Virus record (IMG/VR): IMGVR_UViG_3300037044_000003 | Span: 1 to 28,286 of that record | Source of the DNA: a virus | Lineage: Duplodnaviria; Caudoviricetes | Strand: one strand, 5' to 3' | DNA: 28,286 nucleotides | Part shown: positions 8,417-17,538 of the stretch, one piece after another | Layout of the letters: each line of letters opens with the position of its first letter | How positions within the stretch are numbered: the stretch's first letter is position 1 | Program-made: the position numbers and the translations under genes | The notes under the pieces: model-generated | The model's database searches: none | Told to the model about the DNA's origin: nothing | What the model saw: only the letters and a program-made list of their open reading frames with translations

Positions 8417-8656
8417 TTAGAACCAGTTCACCTGATCTGCATACACTTTTTTTCTTACTGTTTTAGGCTGTCCTGGTGTTTCTGCCAAGCGGCCTTTTCG
8501 TGTCATCTTGTTGATTAATCCGATCACTTCCAACGCTTCATATTCACGTATGGATAGCGGATTGAGAGACGGAAACGTTGTACATAAAGATACGATCAAA
8601 TCAAAAAGTGCCATAGATAGTGGAGCAGCTGATGAATCAGCCACTCCACTTACACG
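8417..8656 (-). CDS. Tail assembly chaperone, frameshift extension (gpT part of gpG-T)
   Basis: Open in the -1 frame directly from the slippery A AAA AAC at the end of 8650..8943; predicted fusion about 175 aa. Confidence 0.8.
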   Translation of the reverse strand, partial: RVSGVADSSAAPLSMALFDLIVSLCTTFPSLNPLSIREYEALEVIGLINKMTRKGRLAETPGQPKTVRKKVYADQVNWF

Positions 8657-8662
8657 TTTTTT
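8619..8662 (-). promoter_or_regulatory. Programmed -1 ribosomal frameshift signal (slippery heptamer plus hairpin)
   Basis: A AAA AAC (8662-8656), 5-nt spacer, then a 14-bp stem AGTGGAGTGGCTGA-TTCA-TCAGCTGCTCCACT with two G-U pairs. Confidence 0.85.
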
Positions 8663-8943
8663 TCAGCACCCTCAATTTGACTCACAATGCTCATGATTTG
8701 TTTGAAACAGTTTTTGATGTCTACGTAATCTGCCAGGCGAAGTAATTCATCCGTCAGATTAGGGAACAGCATTTGAACCATCTTGCCCATCATCCGGATT
8801 TGCTCTTTTTCGTTTTTCCCTTCAAGATTGTCGGATAGTTCGATCACATCTTCGAGAAAACCCCAGCGTACACGTGAAGTTTCAAATTCTTCAATGACCT
8901 CATCACCATCACCATAAATCTTTAAATTGATAGTTGCTTTCAT
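8650..8943 (-). CDS. Tail assembly chaperone (gpG-like)
   Basis: Acidic 97-aa gene between the major tail and tape measure genes, ending in the slippery GAEKN sequence. Confidence 0.85.
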   Translation of the reverse strand: MKATINLKIYGDGDEVIEEFETSRVRWGFLEDVIELSDNLEGKNEKEQIRMMGKMVQMLFPNLTDELLRLADYVDIKNCFKQIMSIVSQIEGAEKNV

Positions 8944-8958
8944 GCAATACTCCTTTTA

Positions 8959-9573
8959 TTAGGCCGGTGTGATAGCTGCAAGCGTATCTGGTGTGACCAC
9001 CTGTGCAAACCAGTCAGCGACATCAGCTTTGTCATCACGTTCATCCACGACCACAGATTTGCCACCGCTCTTGCTGGCATCCGGCATCGTGAATTTGAAC
9101 TTCGTTTTAATGCCGGTAAAGATCAGCTGCTGATTGTTGGTATCAGTGGTATCATCTTGCGACTTGGCTTCTTCCTGGTTGATCGCAAACGTTCCCTTCA
9201 AGCGCCATACATAGCGGTATGTGTCATCGGTGAAACGTAGGCGGTATCCAATTGCAAAGTACTTCGGTTTTGTGACACCAGTGTCCAGTAATGCGCCGGT
9301 GGCTGTGTGAATTACCTTTCCAAGTAATTTTGCAACTAGTGAAATTGGCAATGCCGGTACCGTCAAGTTGATCGTGTCCGCACCTTCAGCAATGACAACC
9401 ATAAACGGAATGTTGTCATAGAACTTCACTGCACTCGGTGTTTCGGTGGTTCTTGAAATCTCACCGGCCGGTGCCAGCATTTCAGGAAGTGAAGTTGTGA
9501 ATCCTGTGGCATCGTCTTTCGTTACCTCTGCGATATATAAGGAATCGAACCCCTGGAATTCTTCAAAATTCAT
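8959..9573 (-). CDS. Major tail protein (phi13 family)
   Basis: G.D.LY.A, FYDN.P, KPKYFAIGYR...D.TYRYVW.LKG.F motifs; position in the operon. Confidence 0.88.
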   Translation of the reverse strand: MNFEEFQGFDSLYIAEVTKDDATGFTTSLPEMLAPAGEISRTTETPSAVKFYDNIPFMVVIAEGADTINLTVPALPISLVAKLLGKVIHTATGALLDTGVTKPKYFAIGYRLRFTDDTYRYVWRLKGTFAINQEEAKSQDDTTDTNNQQLIFTGIKTKFKFTMPDASKSGGKSVVVDERDDKADVADWFAQVVTPDTLAAITPA

Positions 9574-9578
9574 AATTA

Positions 9579-9926
9579 CTAACTCCTTTCATTGTAGTAA
9601 TAGTCAGCTTGCCAAGCGTAATGCTCGGCATTGTAGGCAACATCCCTTCCTTTGTTTTGTCGGATAAACTTGGCGGCTTTGAGCGCTTCGTAAATCTGAT
9701 CAGGAACAGATTTGATTAAATTAAAATCTGTAGAGTAGAACACGACTTGTATTCGATACTCTGCATACATTGGATCGTTACTGTAAAACGATCGATCCCT
9801 GGAATCTACGATCACATACGTGATGAATGATCCAGGCAGCGGTTCATCATCACCGTAGCTGCCCTGGAGTGTGACTTCGTATCCCAGAGGTTCAAGTGTT
9901 TGAATTAATATGTCACGCACATTCAT
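9579..9926 (-). CDS. Tail completion / terminator protein
   Basis: 115 aa between the gp10-like gene and MTP; P..FITY and YS.D motifs. Confidence 0.7.
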   Translation of the reverse strand: MNVRDILIQTLEPLGYEVTLQGSYGDDEPLPGSFITYVIVDSRDRSFYSNDPMYAEYRIQVVFYSTDFNLIKSVPDQIYEALKAAKFIRQNKGRDVAYNAEHYAWQADYYYNERS

Positions 9927-10324
9927 TTTTCAAGTTCCTCCAAGATTTTTGAAAGCACTTGCTTTTGGATCCTTCTCGCTTTCGGTGTGTTGGATTCAAT
10001 CGCTGGCCGGATAAACGGATCCGCTTTTTGTTTCGGTGTACCATACTCGATAAACAGTGCCGGAAGGCCGCCTTTGCTGATTTTGAAGCCAGCTTCGAGT
10101 GTAGCAACGTTGCCTTCCCATTTCACTTCATTTTCTTGCAATGCCTTCTCTGTTAGGCCTGTCCGATGATGTTTTATGATCCCTTTTTTCAAGTCATCCT
10201 GAAACGGTTTAGCACCTTCGACCAGCGCTGCTTCCGCTGCTTTTTCAATGCTGCCACCGGCTTTTCGGATGCGCTCAAGCATGTCCTCAAATCCATTCAT
10301 GCTCAACTTCATCTTGTTGGCCAT
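9923..10324 (-). CDS. HK97 gp10-family neck/tail component
   Basis: RTG.T and F.EYGTPKQKA.PF.RPA signature. Confidence 0.85.
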   Translation of the reverse strand: MANKMKLSMNGFEDMLERIRKAGGSIEKAAEAALVEGAKPFQDDLKKGIIKHHRTGLTEKALQENEVKWEGNVATLEAGFKISKGGLPALFIEYGTPKQKADPFIRPAIESNTPKARRIQKQVLSKILEELEK

Positions 10325-10674
10325 CAGGCACCACCGGTGACTTTTCGAACTTTGAACGATACAAACTGATTTCTTTGTTCAATGTTTTCCGGATCGCTGA
10401 TGATATCCCACAGGCTGTCATCGCTCAGTAGAATGATCCGGCCGGATGCTTTGATATCCGGTCGATACCAGGTGACTACAGTAGCGGTGTTATCGATGAC
10501 CAACTTTCCGTTGATCTCTGATTCATTGCCGCCATAGGTTTTGAAATTGCAGAAAAGGATCGGATCTGCTGCATCTACATAACTGATGTTTTTAGCGCCG
10601 CTGACATTGGTGGTCACTCTGTTTTGCAGTTTGACCACCGTTGTCATTTGTTCAGCAGCTTTTGGTCTATACAT
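10324..10674 (-). CDS. Head-tail adaptor / head closure protein (SPP1 gp16-like)
   Basis: WYRPDI....RI and I...PENIE.RNQ motifs; position. Confidence 0.8.
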   Translation of the reverse strand: MYRPKAAEQMTTVVKLQNRVTTNVSGAKNISYVDAADPILFCNFKTYGGNESEINGKLVIDNTATVVTWYRPDIKASGRIILLSDDSLWDIISDPENIEQRNQFVSFKVRKVTGGA

Positions 10675-10675
10675 T

Positions 10676-10951
10676 TCAGACCACCTCCGCCGGCCGGATC
10701 GCTAGTTGTATTGCTCTTTTCATAAAGTAATCACTGAATCGAACTTCGCCGCTCTGAAGGTTTAATAAATCATTAACTCCGCGAGTAATGACACCGACAG
10801 AGTCAGCGCTATCGATGATAGTTTGAGATACTCCGGCATCTTTCAAAAATGCTTTCACTTCTTGGATGTGCAGTTTAAGCATGTCATCCTGATATGATCC
10901 GGTGAAACCCAACCCTTTTTTAACTTGAATCAATATTTCCGACTCTGTCAT
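10676..10951 (-). CDS. Head-tail connector (HK97 gp6-like)
   Basis: VK..LG.....DD.L...I......L..AGV pattern immediately after the capsid gene. Confidence 0.8.
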   Translation of the reverse strand: MTESEILIQVKKGLGFTGSYQDDMLKLHIQEVKAFLKDAGVSQTIIDSADSVGVITRGVNDLLNLQSGEVRFSDYFMKRAIQLAIRPAEVV

Positions 10952-10968
10952 GTGTTATCACTCCTTTT

Positions 10969-12213
10969 TTATCCGCCGACTACTTTCTTCGCTACGACTA
11001 CAAATCCGTCTTGTACGACAACGTTGCCGCCGATTAAGACATCACCACGAACTGCCAGCATGCCTTTCTTGAAGGCTGCATCTTCGGATACTTTGATTTC
11101 GTACTGACTAAACAATGCGAGTTCGTATGCTGCCGGTACACCGTAAAGCATGCACTTTGTTGCATCCGTTGTTGCTGCTGCGCTCAACGCTGGCAATGCG
11201 CTGTTGATTACATAACGTACAGCCAGGCCGCCATCTTTAATGGTGCCGCTGTTCGGATTGGATACATCCGGTGTGATTTCGTAGACAGCCTTCTTTTCGT
11301 TGGTGCCACGAACGTCACCGAATGCGATCAAGTCTGTTTTGTTTAACAACAATACAGCGTTTCCAACTACATTCTCATCACCACCATAATTCATGGCGAT
11401 TTTGCGCAACGTAGTTGCATCGATGGCAGTTACTTCAATCGGTGATGCAGTGATTGCTGCGCCATTGACGATACCGGTGATTTCTGCCGGAGTTGCCGAA
11501 GGATTACCGAGCGGAATTAACTTGGCAATTTTCTTGCGCAGTGCGATCAGCGATGCTTCACGAACTTTTGCCAGATATGCAACATTAGTCAGCTTGGTGA
11601 CTTCGGTCGATACTTCACCATACGTGGTAATCTTAACCGGCTTGATCGATGCGTATTTGAACGTTGGTTCTGCAGTTGCATAGTCAGTGTTTTCGCCTTT
11701 AATGCCACCGGTTGCATACGTCACTACATACGGAACATCGTATTCACCCATGCCAGCGGCCGGAGTGATCTTGACCATATCGATGATCGAAGATACTTCA
11801 CCGAACTTGTCATTGATAGCTGATTGAACATATTTCGGTTGAGCTAAGTCACCGGATCCGATCGTGATCGCACGTTTAACTTCATCGACATCGAAGGATA
11901 CTTTGCGAGTGGTTACGAGTTCAGCTGCACGTTTTTCAACGTCAGTTACCTGCTGGTCACGTTTGATTTCGCCTTCATCCTTTTTGGCACCATAGGTACC
12001 GAGGACTTGAGCTTGCTTGCTGCGCAGTTCTTCAGCTTGTTGAGCTTCTTGAACCATCGAGCGAAAATCATCAATTTCTTTGTTGATCGTTTCCATTTCG
12101 GTGTTGATTGAACGCAATTCAGCTACATTTTCGGAGCTGTCCGAACGTTTTTGCAGCTCATCCAACTTGGATTGTCTTGCTGCTATTAATGCCATTAGTC
12201 TTTCTTTGTTCAT
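10969..12213 (-). CDS. Major capsid protein, HK97 fold with N-terminal delta domain
   Basis: 414 aa; coiled-coil N-terminus of about 110 aa; C-terminal F.KG..A.RG...GG motif; follows the protease gene. Confidence 0.92.
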   Translation of the reverse strand: MNKERLMALIAARQSKLDELQKRSDSSENVAELRSINTEMETINKEIDDFRSMVQEAQQAEELRSKQAQVLGTYGAKKDEGEIKRDQQVTDVEKRAAELVTTRKVSFDVDEVKRAITIGSGDLAQPKYVQSAINDKFGEVSSIIDMVKITPAAGMGEYDVPYVVTYATGGIKGENTDYATAEPTFKYASIKPVKITTYGEVSTEVTKLTNVAYLAKVREASLIALRKKIAKLIPLGNPSATPAEITGIVNGAAITASPIEVTAIDATTLRKIAMNYGGDENVVGNAVLLLNKTDLIAFGDVRGTNEKKAVYEITPDVSNPNSGTIKDGGLAVRYVINSALPALSAAATTDATKCMLYGVPAAYELALFSQYEIKVSEDAAFKKGMLAVRGDVLIGGNVVVQDGFVVVAKKVVGG

Positions 12214-12225
12214 TTTGTTATTTCC

Positions 12226-12876
12226 TCACTTTCGAACATTAGACAGTATTTTGTTTCTTAACTTCAACATCTCAACTTCGTTTTTCGCTTTATCCAAAGC
12301 GGCACGAGCATTTTCCAATGCTTTTAAATCGCTCTCCAGCGACCTAGCTTCACGTGCATCTATTCCAGTGCTTTCGTAAGCCGGAAAATTGACCGCACTT
12401 ACTTCCCACACTTTAGCTACCTTGGTGATCCTTCTTGTTGGCATGTCGGAATCTAAATCTTCCCACACCTCATCTTTGATCCGGAACATGAAGGACATTC
12501 CGGTGATGTCACCACGCTCGATGGCCGAGTATAATGCGCTGGCTTCAGCGTTTTTCTCGACATCGATTTCTGATTCCATGTTTAGACCACGCTCATTCAC
12601 AAAGAGCTGCATGGTGGAGTTTCCGTTGTTCCTGCGGCTTCTTGCCAGTGGTATCTTGGTCAGATCGTGATTGACACAGAAGAGGACATCCGTCAGATCT
12701 GTTTCATCGAATGCACCTCGGTCGATGATCTCGTAGAACCAGTTACCGATCGCTGTGCGGCTGTTATAAACTGCCGCCAGGCCGACTACCTTATTGCCAG
12801 ACTCTGCTCGGTATTCGGTGGTATAGCTTCTTACAATCGGTGCATCTTTTGATACGGACAGCGTTGTTTTATTCAT
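12226..12876 (-). CDS. HK97-family prohead maturation protease
   Basis: G.AAVYN, E.I..GAF, NHD....LAR, GMSF.F and EVSAV.FPAY motifs. Confidence 0.93.
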   Translation of the reverse strand: MNKTTLSVSKDAPIVRSYTTEYRAESGNKVVGLAAVYNSRTAIGNWFYEIIDRGAFDETDLTDVLFCVNHDLTKIPLARSRRNNGNSTMQLFVNERGLNMESEIDVEKNAEASALYSAIERGDITGMSFMFRIKDEVWEDLDSDMPTRRITKVAKVWEVSAVNFPAYESTGIDAREARSLESDLKALENARAALDKAKNEVEMLKLRNKILSNVRK

Positions 12877-14116
12877 CGTTGTTCACCTCTTTCTTCTTAC
12901 CAGATTGGTTCATCTGGTATTTAGTTGCAATGTTTACATCCACATAGTTGAGTGATTGCAACCGTATGTCACCGCCTTCGTATGGCGGATATCCGAACAA
13001 TTCAAGCAATGCATTGTTGGTCAGCGCACCACGATCGCCCAGAACTTTTGACATCTCGACTCTTTTTTCCGGACTCATGTGCAGCAGGTTGTTGATATAA
13101 AACACGATTTTGTTTCCATGATTGCGCTCATTTTTCGTGAATAACGTTTTCGTGAACACCTGGTTCAGCGAATTGATCAGCGGTTCCAGCGTTTTTTCAT
13201 AGAAGGCCTGGTACTGTGTATCGGTGAAATCACCGGTTAAGATCGGCAGCGGCACACCGTAGTTGCGCAGGATCTTCGAATCGATGAACTCCAGTGTGTC
13301 GGTATCGACTAGTTTTGGATCCGGCTTCATCGGTACATATTCGCTTTTTAAGTCGACCGGCAGGATGGCGCTTTTGCCTTCAGTGATCAGCTTTTCAAAG
13401 CGAGCGATTTCAGCCTTTGCGGAATCATCGTTGTATAAGGTTTGAACCTTCAGCAAGCCATGTATTTGCATGGATGAGCTGACCGATTTTTCGATGGATT
13501 GCAGCAGCTGGTGGTTGATATTGACCGTTTGCCAGATCGCTGCGGTGTCCGCCTGGCCGCTGGCATTGCCACCCATGAACGGATTTACCGAGAAACGATA
13601 GCGCCAGTGGATGATGTCGGTATATCTTACCGTCAGCTCATTGGCATCAGCGAATACAAACTTCACCCACAAGTCCGCATTTCCATCCTGAATGAATGTG
13701 ACTTCGCTAGGATCCAGCGGATATAAAGCACGGTATATTCTTTTCTTCACTTTGTCTTTCGTTTCGTATTCATCGAACACTGGCAGGATGAATGAGTTGT
13801 AATTCAGAAACAGCTGCCAGGTGATCTTCTCTAGAAAGTCCTTTGTGGTCATCCAATCGTTTGCACCATATTCGAACAGCTCATTGATCTCATCCCTTAC
13901 AACTTCCTGCAATCCGTTTTTGCCGAATCGAATATGCCTGGGATCGAGTTTGCTTATTTCCTGCGCTATGCAGGCAATCGATTGCTGTACTACATCACTG
14001 GCATAGATGTTTTGACCGAATTGCGTATAAATAGGTATGTTGCCATTGAGAACCGCAAGCGCTGCATTGCTTGGTTTTTCTTTATATGGCTTTTTGAAAA
14101 TATCCATAATTCCCAT
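12869..14116 (-). CDS. HK97-family portal protein
   Basis: 415 aa after TerL; IA..ISKL, YPLDP..V, DIIH.R, YGVP..IL and P..GGD motifs. Confidence 0.92.
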   Translation of the reverse strand: MGIMDIFKKPYKEKPSNAALAVLNGNIPIYTQFGQNIYASDVVQQSIACIAQEISKLDPRHIRFGKNGLQEVVRDEINELFEYGANDWMTTKDFLEKITWQLFLNYNSFILPVFDEYETKDKVKKRIYRALYPLDPSEVTFIQDGNADLWVKFVFADANELTVRYTDIIHWRYRFSVNPFMGGNASGQADTAAIWQTVNINHQLLQSIEKSVSSSMQIHGLLKVQTLYNDDSAKAEIARFEKLITEGKSAILPVDLKSEYVPMKPDPKLVDTDTLEFIDSKILRNYGVPLPILTGDFTDTQYQAFYEKTLEPLINSLNQVFTKTLFTKNERNHGNKIVFYINNLLHMSPEKRVEMSKVLGDRGALTNNALLELFGYPPYEGGDIRLQSLNYVDVNIATKYQMNQSGKKKEVNNDE

Positions 14117-14120
14117 GTTA

Positions 14121-15818
14121 TCACCTCAACATTCCCAGGAACTCTGTCCGGTATCTCTGCCACATGGCATAGAGTATAATCTTGGTCACTGCACCGTCTA
14201 TTCTTCGGTTTTTGGCATCTTGGACTTTCACCGGCATGACCAAGCCGAGATTGTCGATTTTCAATGCGGTATTACCCAGGCACCAGCGATCCACCTCGTT
14301 ATCGTTGTAGTTCACCAGGCCGGCTTTCAGGTCTGCTTCGAGCAGCTTCATCGGATTGCTCATTGTCCAGCGGTTTTGATCCACACGCTCGGTATCGAAT
14401 CCGTAGTTGTCCATTGATGTCAACCATGTTTTCGCAAAGCGGTTGTCATAGCCGGTCTTGTAAATTCGGATCTTGAACTGCTTATATAAACTTGCAAACC
14501 AGTCAGCGACTTTCTGCAAGTCGACCTCGTTTCCTTCATTTATCTCGATGAACCCTTTTCTTGCCCATTCAAGATAATCTTTTTTGTCATCGATGAATCC
14601 CTGTGTCACTTTTGACTCTGGTATGAAGTACTTGGTTAGGATGTACTTGGTTGGATCACCTTTTTTCATCAGTAGGATCTTTGCACAGGTCAGGTCGGTT
14701 GTTTCAGCCAAGTCGACTGCACCCAATGCCACAGAACCGATAAAGTCATCCAGGTTGAATCTGGCATTGTTGATGTAGTCATGTTCCATTAGCCAGGCTT
14801 CAGCGTTGTTTTGCTTTATATTGAAGTCTTTAGCTAGGACATACATTCGATCGCCTTTGTCATGCTTTGCTTTGTTTATCTCATCTCGCAAGTAATCCCA
14901 TTTTTTAATCAGACCGAGTGATGGATTGGACTTGTACCAGCTGGTTTCATCCTGCCAGACTTCCGCTTCGGAATCCTGTGTATAGAGCCAGGCGAGAAGC
15001 GTATCATCTTCAATTTCACCGGCGATTACACGTCTTGCGTATTGCATCTCTTTGTCGAGGTAGCCATCGTTGATAAATCCTTCAGTGGTGATGTTGATAA
15101 ACAGCGGCTCATCCTTTGTCGATTGACTTTGCTGAATCGGTTTTGCGATTGAGTTGTCTTTCATTTCGTGCGACTCATCCAGGATGCCGAACTCGATATT
15201 GTAGCCTTCTTTTTTCTGTGTTTTCTCGGTTAGCTTGAACACTTTTGATTTGTTTTTCTTGTTAATGATCAGCTTGCGATTTTTATGTGTACGCTTGTTT
15301 TTTTGATCAAACAGCTCACGCATGTTGGCGATTTCTTCAAAGATAATACCGGCCTGTGCATCATCATTGGATGAGCACACGATATCGGATCCGCCACTGC
15401 CAAGCATTAGCTCGGTGAAGGCCAGCGCTGCGGCCAGTGTAGACTTTCCGTTCTTCCGGCTGATCAGCAAGATTACACGCTTGAATCGGCGCAAGCCGGT
15501 CGATGCTTTCCTGAAGGAATACACCACTTCGATGAATGCCTTTTCCCACAATTCCAGGATGAACGGTTTACCATGAAACGGTGACTTTGTATGCTTACAA
15601 AACTTCTCGATAAACCGGATCCGGCGGTTTGCTTCCCTGGTATCGTAGTTCCATTTCGGATCGTTCTTGTCAGCGATCAACTGGCTCAATACGGTTTGCA
15701 GTTCTTGTCCTGCAATGATTCGGCCGGTTTTTATATCATCGAAGTATTTATCGAGATAGGTTAATTTATAACTTTTCTCTGATGCAATCGACTGATATTG
15801 CTCAAGATAGCTCGTCAT
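14121..15818 (-). CDS. terL: Terminase large subunit (Terminase_1 type)
   Basis: LELWEK, Walker A ISRKNGKS, Walker B GILDE, KSNPSLG, GAVDLA...DLT, RIDGAV. Start moved to ATG 15818 (MTSYLEQY) on RBS and overlap grounds. Confidence 0.95.
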   Translation of the reverse strand: MTSYLEQYQSIASEKSYKLTYLDKYFDDIKTGRIIAGQELQTVLSQLIADKNDPKWNYDTREANRRIRFIEKFCKHTKSPFHGKPFILELWEKAFIEVVYSFRKASTGLRRFKRVILLISRKNGKSTLAAALAFTELMLGSGGSDIVCSSNDDAQAGIIFEEIANMRELFDQKNKRTHKNRKLIINKKNKSKVFKLTEKTQKKEGYNIEFGILDESHEMKDNSIAKPIQQSQSTKDEPLFINITTEGFINDGYLDKEMQYARRVIAGEIEDDTLLAWLYTQDSEAEVWQDETSWYKSNPSLGLIKKWDYLRDEINKAKHDKGDRMYVLAKDFNIKQNNAEAWLMEHDYINNARFNLDDFIGSVALGAVDLAETTDLTCAKILLMKKGDPTKYILTKYFIPESKVTQGFIDDKKDYLEWARKGFIEINEGNEVDLQKVADWFASLYKQFKIRIYKTGYDNRFAKTWLTSMDNYGFDTERVDQNRWTMSNPMKLLEADLKAGLVNYNDNEVDRWCLGNTALKIDNLGLVMPVKVQDAKNRRIDGAVTKIILYAMWQRYRTEFLGMLR

Positions 15819-16149
15819 ACTCTTCCTTTTCAAACTGGTCGAACTCGTCATCATCATCGACAGCATTTCTTGTTAGTACGCTGTTTAATGTTTTGATTGC
15901 CAGCGAATAGGCTTGCAGCGTTTTCAGATATTGCTTTCCGACTTCGGTCGGTTTCTGCAAACTTGGATTGGTCGGATGGATTTTAACCATTCCATGTGTT
16001 TTGATCATCTCTTTTTGTTCATCCAGCTGATCGGATAAGAATGCGGTATGTTCAACCATCTTTTCTACCAGCTGCTGTTTTGCCGGATCGACCTTTTCAA
16101 ATATCAGCAGTAATTTTTCTAACTCACCGGATGGCTTCAAATTTCCCAT
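15802..16149 (-). CDS. terS: Terminase small subunit (P27-like)
   Basis: 115 aa helical protein directly upstream of and overlapping terL; acidic DDDDEFDQF tail. Confidence 0.75.
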   Translation of the reverse strand: MGNLKPSGELEKLLLIFEKVDPAKQQLVEKMVEHTAFLSDQLDEQKEMIKTHGMVKIHPTNPSLQKPTEVGKQYLKTLQAYSLAIKTLNSVLTRNAVDDDDEFDQFEKEEYDELS

Positions 16150-16159
16150 AACATCACCG

Positions 16160-16303
16160 CCTTTCTTGACTTTTCTGACTCATTGTTTTACTTTCACGAT
16201 TTTTTCGGAAACTTTTCCGGAAATCTGTTTTTTTCCCTTTGCGTGCATTTACTGCCCCTTGTACAGTTCCCAAGTCGACCGAATCGATGACGGTGTGGGG
16301 GGG
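16160..16303. other. Probable cos (cohesive end / packaging) region
   Basis: Non-coding gap between HNH and terS; G7 run; ACTG-CCCCTTGTA-CAGT dyad at 16251-16267; repeated TTTT(C)CGGAAA. Confidence 0.55.
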
Positions 16304-16307
16304 ATCA

Positions 16308-17024
16308 TCAGGAGGACTGATCCGGTCGATACTTGGTGAACCATTCCCTTATATAACGTTCCCACTCGGAACGATAAGGTAGCTTCTTTTCATCCTGGTA
16401 TAAACGTGCCAGGCACTCATGTTCGGTTGCTACGATGTAGATTAATTCTGCACCCAGCTGGCTTGCCAAGCGCTCTCGCTCGGTCTGTAATGGATAGCCA
16501 CCGATGATCCAGGCTTGCTGCCACTTGCCGGTTCGAGTCTTGATCTGGTCGATGATCACATCCCTGATCTGATACACATTTACCGACAGCTCGTTTGGTT
16601 TATCGTATGCCGGCAGCAGCGTGATGGCTTGGTATAGTTCATCCATATCTAGCACGATATCTCTGCGGCCTTTACTTTCCTTTACGAAGGTTGTCTTGCC
16701 GGACAGCGGCGCACCGTATACTATGAACACCTTTTGCGGCATCCATTGACCGAAGCGGTCGTGGATTGCGTTGTGGCATCGCTGGTGTACCAGCATGACA
16801 TTGTCCGGATTGAGTGATATGTTTGCATCGTTCACGTTATGAACGGTAAGTTCTTTTTTGTGATGTCCGATGCACTCAATGTCTTTATGTATTGTTTGTT
16901 GACAGTACTCACAGCACAGACCTTTCAATGGATCTGCTCGTTCTAGCATCAGCATGCGCCGGAAGTTAGTCCACTCGCTGCTCTTATAAAAGTCTGACAG
17001 TAATCGGAACGAAGCCATTACCAC
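16308..17024 (-). CDS. HNH endonuclease fused to a P-loop NTPase domain
   Basis: CEYC...GHHKKEL...N...VH.RCHNAIH (HNH), followed by VYGAPLSGKTTFV (Walker A). Confidence 0.85.
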   Translation of the reverse strand: MVMASFRLLSDFYKSSEWTNFRRMLMLERADPLKGLCCEYCQQTIHKDIECIGHHKKELTVHNVNDANISLNPDNVMLVHQRCHNAIHDRFGQWMPQKVFIVYGAPLSGKTTFVKESKGRRDIVLDMDELYQAITLLPAYDKPNELSVNVYQIRDVIIDQIKTRTGKWQQAWIIGGYPLQTERERLASQLGAELIYIVATEHECLARLYQDEKKLPYRSEWERYIREWFTKYRPDQSS

Positions 17025-17464
17025 TCACCGTTTTCTGCGATCTTTTGCCGGAGTTCCATTTCCTGTTTCTTGAGCTCTATCATTTGCGGATTGTCGCTGT
17101 AGTTTTCTCTGTCTTTGTTCTTCAGGATAAATATGGCTGCGCCGACATCAGGTGGTTGATGTTTCTTTGTGATCTCGGTATACGTAGTTGATACTCCATC
17201 TTCAGTCTTGGTATAGACCTTTTTTTCTTCGTATTCATATCCTTTTGCACGTTTGAATAGTGCATTTTCAATTTCTAATACCATGACTTCCCTGCCCTTT
17301 TTTATAACATCAGAGAAATCAGTATGCATTTTCTTATACTGATTCATGGTTTCGTGTGATATTCCGAGGTTACTTGCAATCTGTTTTTCGGTCAGACCAT
17401 CGAGTGCCCACTTCTCAACCAGCTTCAATTTTGACCTAACCTCCGGCCATTTGCTCTTTGCCAT
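17018..17464 (-). CDS. HTH DNA-binding protein, terminase-small-subunit-like
   Basis: GLTEKQIASNLGIS.ET HTH; ENALFKRA.GY.Y.E...PPD..A.IF.LKN; GGAGGTG RBS before ATG 17464. Confidence 0.7.
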   Translation of the reverse strand: MAKSKWPEVRSKLKLVEKWALDGLTEKQIASNLGISHETMNQYKKMHTDFSDVIKKGREVMVLEIENALFKRAKGYEYEEKKVYTKTEDGVSTTYTEITKKHQPPDVGAAIFILKNKDRENYSDNPQMIELKKQEMELRQKIAENGEW

Positions 17465-17489
17465 GATTGCATTCACCTCCCTTTATTTC

Positions 17490-17510
17490 AAAATATCATG
17501 ATATGTAAAT
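17490..17510 (-). promoter_or_regulatory. Candidate late promoter region
   Basis: Only gap before the packaging operon; perfect palindrome ATATCATGATAT (17493-17504) containing an extended -10-like TGATATTTT; no consensus -35. Confidence 0.4.
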
Positions 17511-17511
17511 G

Positions 17512-17538
17512 AAAAAAGTATCAGACATTTGCTGATAC
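17512..17538 (-). terminator. Rho-independent terminator ending the early/middle operon
   Basis: - strand GTATCAG-CAAATGT-CTGATAC followed by TTTTTT, overlapping the stop codon of 17521..17799. Confidence 0.6.

Noticed and set aside
15819-15866. N-terminal extension of TerL in the ORF track
   Set aside because: Lies inside terS; ATG 15818 has the better RBS.
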